Source of the DNA: Promethearchaeota archaeon
GTDB taxonomy: Archaea > Asgardarchaeota > Lokiarchaeia > Sigyniarchaeales > SOKP01
DNA length: 10,793 nt
Direction of reading: 5' to 3'
NCBI GenBank assembly: GCA_019057795.1
Contig: JAHLWS010000057.1
Location: 1 to 10,793 of the forward strand
Every line of letters starts with the position of its first letter. Position 1 is the first letter of the stretch. A model generated the notes under the pieces. The model was not told where the DNA came from and did not search any database. It worked only from the letters and a program-made list of their open reading frames with translations. Positions 6,606 to 10,793 of the stretch are shown here, one piece after another. The translations under genes were made by a program, and so were the position numbers.

Positions 6606-7811
6606 TTATAAATAAAGATAACCTTGGTGGTTCCCCTTAGTACTAAGTCTGAGGGAGCCAAGTAATATTTTCTTCACTTTACTTTGTTCTTTAAAACTCA
6701 GATCTGAAAACAATAGAATATAATTTTTCTCTAAATTGATAACAAAAAGAAGACCAATTTTAATCATCTTAGAATCTTCTGTAAGCAAAGAAATAATTAC
6801 ATAATGATAAGGGAGATTAACTAAATTATTAAGGCTGATTTCTACTTCTATAATCTCACCGTTTTCAACATCGTAATCGTTTTTTATGAATTTGATATCG
6901 TTTAATGGTATTGAAATCTTTCTATAATTTTCTAAAACCTTTGCAAATTGACTCTGTCTTAAAAATCTTCTTTCTTCTTTATCTTTTTCATAAAAAAATT
7001 CATTGTACTCCTTTAAAAGAAAGATCTTTCTTTTCTTCGATTTAGACGCATTTTTTTCAATTTCTTTTAATTCTTCAATAGAATCGTCGTGAAATACAAT
7101 CAAAATATCAGGATCGACCGTATCTATGAAGAAGTTTTTATAAACAACTCCTGCTTCAGTTTTTATCCATCCATCACTGTCAATAAGAATGACATCCGTA
7201 TCCTTATGCCTTTCAACAAAATTATTTATCAAATTTTTGCAAGAATGTGAAACAATAAATTTAAAATTAGCTTTTGGGAAAGTGCTTCCAATAAAAACTG
7301 TTTCATCGGTATCAATTTCAGCGCTTGATACAATATTTTCTTTAATATCCCCTATATTAAGGGTTGTTGGGAGGTATAACAATTGTTGTCCTAAATCTGA
7401 ATCAAGAAAAGCTGCTTTTAATCCTTCGTTAACAATATTGTTCGCTAAAAATTTTATGAGACTAGTTTTACCACTACTAATTCCTAACACCATTACTTTT
7501 AATGGTTTGTTAGGTTCGTTTTTTCTAATCGCGCTAATGATTGAATCCTTAATTTTCACCCATTCATTATTGATCGTGTTTTCTTCAATTATTTCTATAT
7601 TATCTTTATTACCGGTGAAAATCTCTAACTTCGATGGTTCCAACGCATATAATGGATAATTATTAGCACTTGGAACGATTATTGTGTTTTCTTTCTCGTT
7701 TTTTTTAGGTACTAATGTTTTTCCAAAGACTTCAATTTTTCCTTCTAATAATATAACCCTTGTAGGACCCTTAATTAAAAGAGTATGTCCTTTTTGTACG
7801 TCTTGTATCAT
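6606..7811 (-). CDS. clp1: Clp1/Grc3(Nol9)-family polynucleotide 5'-hydroxyl kinase
   Basis: N-terminal beta domain (LLIKGPTRVILLEGKIEVFG), P-loop VMVLGISSGKTS, DSDLGQ, FIGSTFP, ILIDSDGW clasp and ERRFLR lid motif. Confidence 0.88.
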   Translation of the reverse strand: MIQDVQKGHTLLIKGPTRVILLEGKIEVFGKTLVPKKNEKENTIIVPSANNYPLYALEPSKLEIFTGNKDNIEIIEENTINNEWVKIKDSIISAIRKNEPNKPLKVMVLGISSGKTSLIKFLANNIVNEGLKAAFLDSDLGQQLLYLPTTLNIGDIKENIVSSAEIDTDETVFIGSTFPKANFKFIVSHSCKNLINNFVERHKDTDVILIDSDGWIKTEAGVVYKNFFIDTVDPDILIVFHDDSIEELKEIEKNASKSKKRKIFLLKEYNEFFYEKDKEERRFLRQSQFAKVLENYRKISIPLNDIKFIKNDYDVENGEIIEVEISLNNLVNLPYHYVIISLLTEDSKMIKIGLLFVINLEKNYILLFSDLSFKEQSKVKKILLGSLRLSTKGNHQGYLYL

Positions 7812-7909
7812 ATATTCCTCAAATCATCTTATAATAAAAATAATAATTTTTTTTCTTCTTACATTTTATACTTATTAACTAACAGAAATATACTTTTTCT
7901 TTCATTATC

Positions 7910-8353
7910 TTAAATTTTTAATTCATAAATACGTAATGTTTCTTGAAAACCTAATTTCGTAAACAAAATTTTTGCGGCATTCTCTGCGTCTTGCTTTAAA
8001 GCTAATCTGATCGAATGGATATGATTTCTTTTAAAAAAATCAACAATATATCTCACGATTTCTTCTCCTATTCCTAATCTCCTTTTTTCTTCCTTTACAA
8101 TTAAGTTAGAAATGAGACCAAATCGATAACCCTTATCTGATGTTCTAATTGAACAATTTGCCATTCCAATAATGGTTTTTTTTTCATCATCAAGTGCTAC
8201 AAATACTTCAGAATTTGAATCTTTTTTCATATGTTCTATTATACTATTTCTCCATCTCTCTTCATCAAATTCCTGACCATTTAATATGCAAAGATTCTTC
8301 ATTAATAATGTGATTTCTTCTGTATCCCTTTCTGAAAATTCCCTAATTAACAT
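7910..8353 (-). CDS. GNAT family N-acetyltransferase
   Basis: MLIRE start, VFVA...IIGM strand, acetyl-CoA motif LIVKEEKRRLGIGEEIV, C-terminal NAAKILFTKLGF. Confidence 0.92.
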   Translation of the reverse strand: MLIREFSERDTEEITLLMKNLCILNGQEFDEERWRNSIIEHMKKDSNSEVFVALDDEKKTIIGMANCSIRTSDKGYRFGLISNLIVKEEKRRLGIGEEIVRYIVDFFKRNHIHSIRLALKQDAENAAKILFTKLGFQETLRIYELKI

Positions 8354-8436
8354 TTTTAAAAATTTTTTAAATTACATCCATCTAATTATAATAAATTAAA
8401 TTTTTTTTAAATTATTTGTTGATTATTTTTTCTAAA

Positions 8437-9201
8437 TTAATTACAAACTTCATCGATAAAATTTATTAGTGTAGATACAATTTCATCGTGATCTGGACTA
8501 CACAAAATTGGATGGTCATTATGGTCTAACCAAATTTTTTTCTTGACTTTAGAATTAACAATTTCATAAATAAAATCCATACTATTCTTTTTAATTTGTG
8601 AGTCTAAACGTCCTTGAAAAAATAAAGCAGGACAATTTATTGCTCTTAATGCTTTTTTCATTTCCTTCATTAACTTATTAAATTTTCCAACAATGTTAAG
8701 GGGAATTTTATCGTAACCTACCCATTTTCCATTCGTTTCTTGTTTTAACTTTTTTGACGGAATTGGATAATATTTAATGAATATTTTTAACAATGGAACT
8801 AATTTGGGAGCAAATCCTCGAATTCCAATGGGGGCACTTATAGTAAAGACTCCATCGATGTTAATATTACTTGCAAATATTAAAGAGAAAACACCCCCCA
8901 AAGAATGACCTCCAACTATAATTCTTTCACATTTTTCTCTAATTAATATTATTTCTTTTTCTAAAGCTCTTTTCCACGCACTCAAAGGAGTAATTCGTAA
9001 ATCTTCGGGTGAGGTTCCAAATCCTGGTAATAATGGTATATGAACGGTATACCCTTTTTTTTTGTGTAAATCTTCCCCTAAAGGCTTTAGGTCTGCGCAG
9101 GTTCCCCCCCCTCCACCATGAATAATTATAATCCCAATATCATTTCCATTAAAATAAAAAGGCCCAGCACCAGATAAAGTAACTTTAGACTGATCATTCA
9201 T
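8437..9201 (-). CDS. Carboxylesterase/monoacylglycerol lipase-like alpha/beta hydrolase (Est/YvaK type)
   Basis: PFYFNG...IIIIHG, PLLPGFGTSPEDL, GHSLGG nucleophile, QGRLD Asp and NDHPI His. ATG 9201 preferred over the track's TTG 9213. Confidence 0.9.
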   Translation of the reverse strand: MNDQSKVTLSGAGPFYFNGNDIGIIIIHGGGGGTCADLKPLGEDLHKKKGYTVHIPLLPGFGTSPEDLRITPLSAWKRALEKEIILIREKCERIIVGGHSLGGVFSLIFASNINIDGVFTISAPIGIRGFAPKLVPLLKIFIKYYPIPSKKLKQETNGKWVGYDKIPLNIVGKFNKLMKEMKKALRAINCPALFFQGRLDSQIKKNSMDFIYEIVNSKVKKKIWLDHNDHPILCSPDHDEIVSTLINFIDEVCN

Positions 9202-9255
9202 ATTAAATCGCAAATTAAATCGGATTTTTGATAAAAAATTTGACTCTAAATTTCT

Positions 9256-9780
9256 TCATTTTATTTCTTTATAACAAGGAATGCAAATATTACTATCTTG
9301 ATATCTCATGATACGGCTGTCCATTGTAAGTTCACCACATATGTCACAAGGAACTGATTCTTCTATTTGAGCCAATATTGGAGGATTAAATTCAATTTCT
9401 TTTATATCAAAGAGATCTTCAGGTTCTTGATCCAAAAGCTTTTGAATTTTTTCATCCCTTGATAATTTTTTACTATCCAAAACAGAAGCTTTTAAAGCTA
9501 ATTTAACCGCTTTTTGGCTCTTTCTACTGTATATCTTAAAATTATTCTTACCATAGTCATTATGAATTAAATTGCCTTTACCATATGTAGTACCTAATAA
9601 TGCTTGAAGCGCGTCAACGCTACAATTATCCGTCTCAACAACAACTACTAGTTCTTCGTCAGAGGAACGCTCAAAACCGTGTTCTAAAACATATTTAGCA
9701 ACTAATACGCCTACAGCGATACCTGGGCATATATGACCGTGAAAAATCGTAGCTTTTTTCATTAATTCTCTAGTTTCCAT
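9256..9780 (-). CDS. fmdE: FmdE/FwdE family protein with C-terminal zinc finger
   Basis: FHGHICPGIAVG, ETDNCSVDALQ, TYGKGNL...YGK, and C-terminal CDICGE...CIPC. Confidence 0.92.
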   Translation of the reverse strand: METRELMKKATIFHGHICPGIAVGVLVAKYVLEHGFERSSDEELVVVVETDNCSVDALQALLGTTYGKGNLIHNDYGKNNFKIYSRKSQKAVKLALKASVLDSKKLSRDEKIQKLLDQEPEDLFDIKEIEFNPPILAQIEESVPCDICGELTMDSRIMRYQDSNICIPCYKEIK

Positions 9781-9863
9781 TCAAAATCAGCTAATAATTA
9801 TAGATTTATTAAAAATATCAAATAAATAATTTATTAGATGACTTAAATATATTTATAATAGGA

Positions 9864-10355
9864 ATGAAATTTCTTGTAGATGCAATGCTTGGCAAATTAT
9901 CTCGGTTTTTGAGAATTTTTGGATTCGATACAATTTATGCTAACGATTTAATCGATTATTATCACGCTGATCCAGTTCCAGATGAAAAATTAAAACAATT
10001 TGCCGAAAAGTATGATAGAATAGTTATAACCAAAGATTTGTTGTTCTATCAAAAAATGAGGGAAAAAGCATTATATCTAGAAGGAAAAGGTGTCTATAAC
10101 TATTTAAACCAACTTAAAGTAAAGTTAAAATTACAATTAAAGTTTAACATCCAGAATGCGAGATGCTCGATTTGTAATTCACCTCTTCAAGAAGTTACTG
10201 ATAAGAATTTGATAAAAAACTTAGTGAAACGTGAAACTTTTTTGAACTACAATGAATTTTTTCAATGTGTTAATCCAACATGTAAAAAAGTATTTTGGAA
10301 TGGACCACATATAGTGGATATTAATAGAAAAATACAAAATATGACCGAAAACTAA
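9864..10355 (+). CDS. Mut7-C (PIN-like) RNase domain protein with zinc ribbon
   Basis: KFLVDAMLGKLSRFLRIFGFDT, RIVITKD, RCSICN and CVNPTCKKVFWNGPH. Confidence 0.92.
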   Translation: MKFLVDAMLGKLSRFLRIFGFDTIYANDLIDYYHADPVPDEKLKQFAEKYDRIVITKDLLFYQKMREKALYLEGKGVYNYLNQLKVKLKLQLKFNIQNARCSICNSPLQEVTDKNLIKNLVKRETFLNYNEFFQCVNPTCKKVFWNGPHIVDINRKIQNMTEN

Positions 10356-10588
10356 GTCTTAGTGTTTGAGAAGAAGTTCTTTTTTATATAGTTAAATCTT
10401 GCTTTAACATTTTCTGCATCTGCTTTTGCTCCTCCCTTTTCAAACATTGTATGCGCTTGAGAGAGTAATTCAAGGGATTTTTTATATTCTCTATTCAGAA
10501 AATGATTCTCAGAAAGTCCAACTAAATAGTGCCCTTTTTTAATGAAAAACGCGATAAATTGCGCAGAAGTATCAATTTTTCTACTCAT
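10352..10588 (-). CDS. Small alpha-helical hypothetical protein (single TPR-like hairpin)
   Basis: 78 aa from ATG 10588 (track starts at TTG 10597). EYKKSLELLSQAHTMFEKGG...AENVK resembles a TPR helix B plus capping helix. Its stop overlaps the Mut7-C stop by 4 nt. Confidence 0.65.
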   Translation of the reverse strand: MSRKIDTSAQFIAFFIKKGHYLVGLSENHFLNREYKKSLELLSQAHTMFEKGGAKADAENVKARFNYIKKNFFSNTKT

Positions 10589-10714
10589 CCTAAACAATTC
10601 TTTTTTTGTTGGACTATATGTATCTTATAAACTTAAATTAATTAAAATTAACTAATAATTTTGGCTAATTTTATAAGCGAATGATCAATTAAAAATCAAC
10701 CCTTTTTTTATTTT

Positions 10715-10793
10715 CTACACTGTCCACACCCCATTTACCAGATTAGAGAACTTTACCGAACAAATATTGTCTATAAAAAGCTTTCTCCGAACA
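10715..10793 (-). mobile_element. Possible 3' end of an incoming ORF and IS terminus
   Basis: A minus-strand frame reads ...VRRKLFIDNICSVKFSNLVNGVWTV* and ends in GGGGTGTGGACAGTGTAG directly against an A/T tract, with a local GC rise. Only 79 nt are visible. Confidence 0.25.

Noticed and set aside
5733-7878. Plus-strand ORFs 5733..5921, 7189..7659 and 7684..7878
   Set aside because: Antisense shadows of the ATP-grasp and Clp1 genes.
1-10793. CRISPR arrays, tRNA or rRNA genes
   Set aside because: No regularly spaced repeats and no GC-rich structured stretch with tRNA or rRNA signatures seen by eye.

Overview
Very AT-rich (roughly 30% GC by eye, not computed) prokaryotic window. The gene set (ArfB-like amidohydrolase, Clp1/Grc3 kinase, FmdE, Mut7-C), oligo-T terminators and style of the GPH transporter suggest an archaeon, possibly Asgard/Lokiarchaeia; that assignment is inference. 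Left to right: the 5' part of a transposase not in the ORF track (<1..455, -) with its probable IS end; a GPH/MFS_2 transporter; a creatininase/ArfB-like enzyme; a very acidic small protein with a Cys/His-rich tail; a membrane-anchored alpha/beta hydrolase; a 57-aa CxxC...HxxC zinc-finger ORF also missing from the track; a minus-strand run of FmdE, carboxylesterase, GNAT, Clp1/Grc3 kinase (shortened P-loop) and a circularly permuted ATP-grasp ligase; a divergent Mut7-C RNase; a small helical protein; and a possible second IS end at the right edge. The most interesting candidate system is the orphan permuted ATP-grasp ligase with its neighbours (Clp1 kinase, GNAT, zinc-finger microprotein, acidic protein). 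Their functional linkage is not shown by the sequence.
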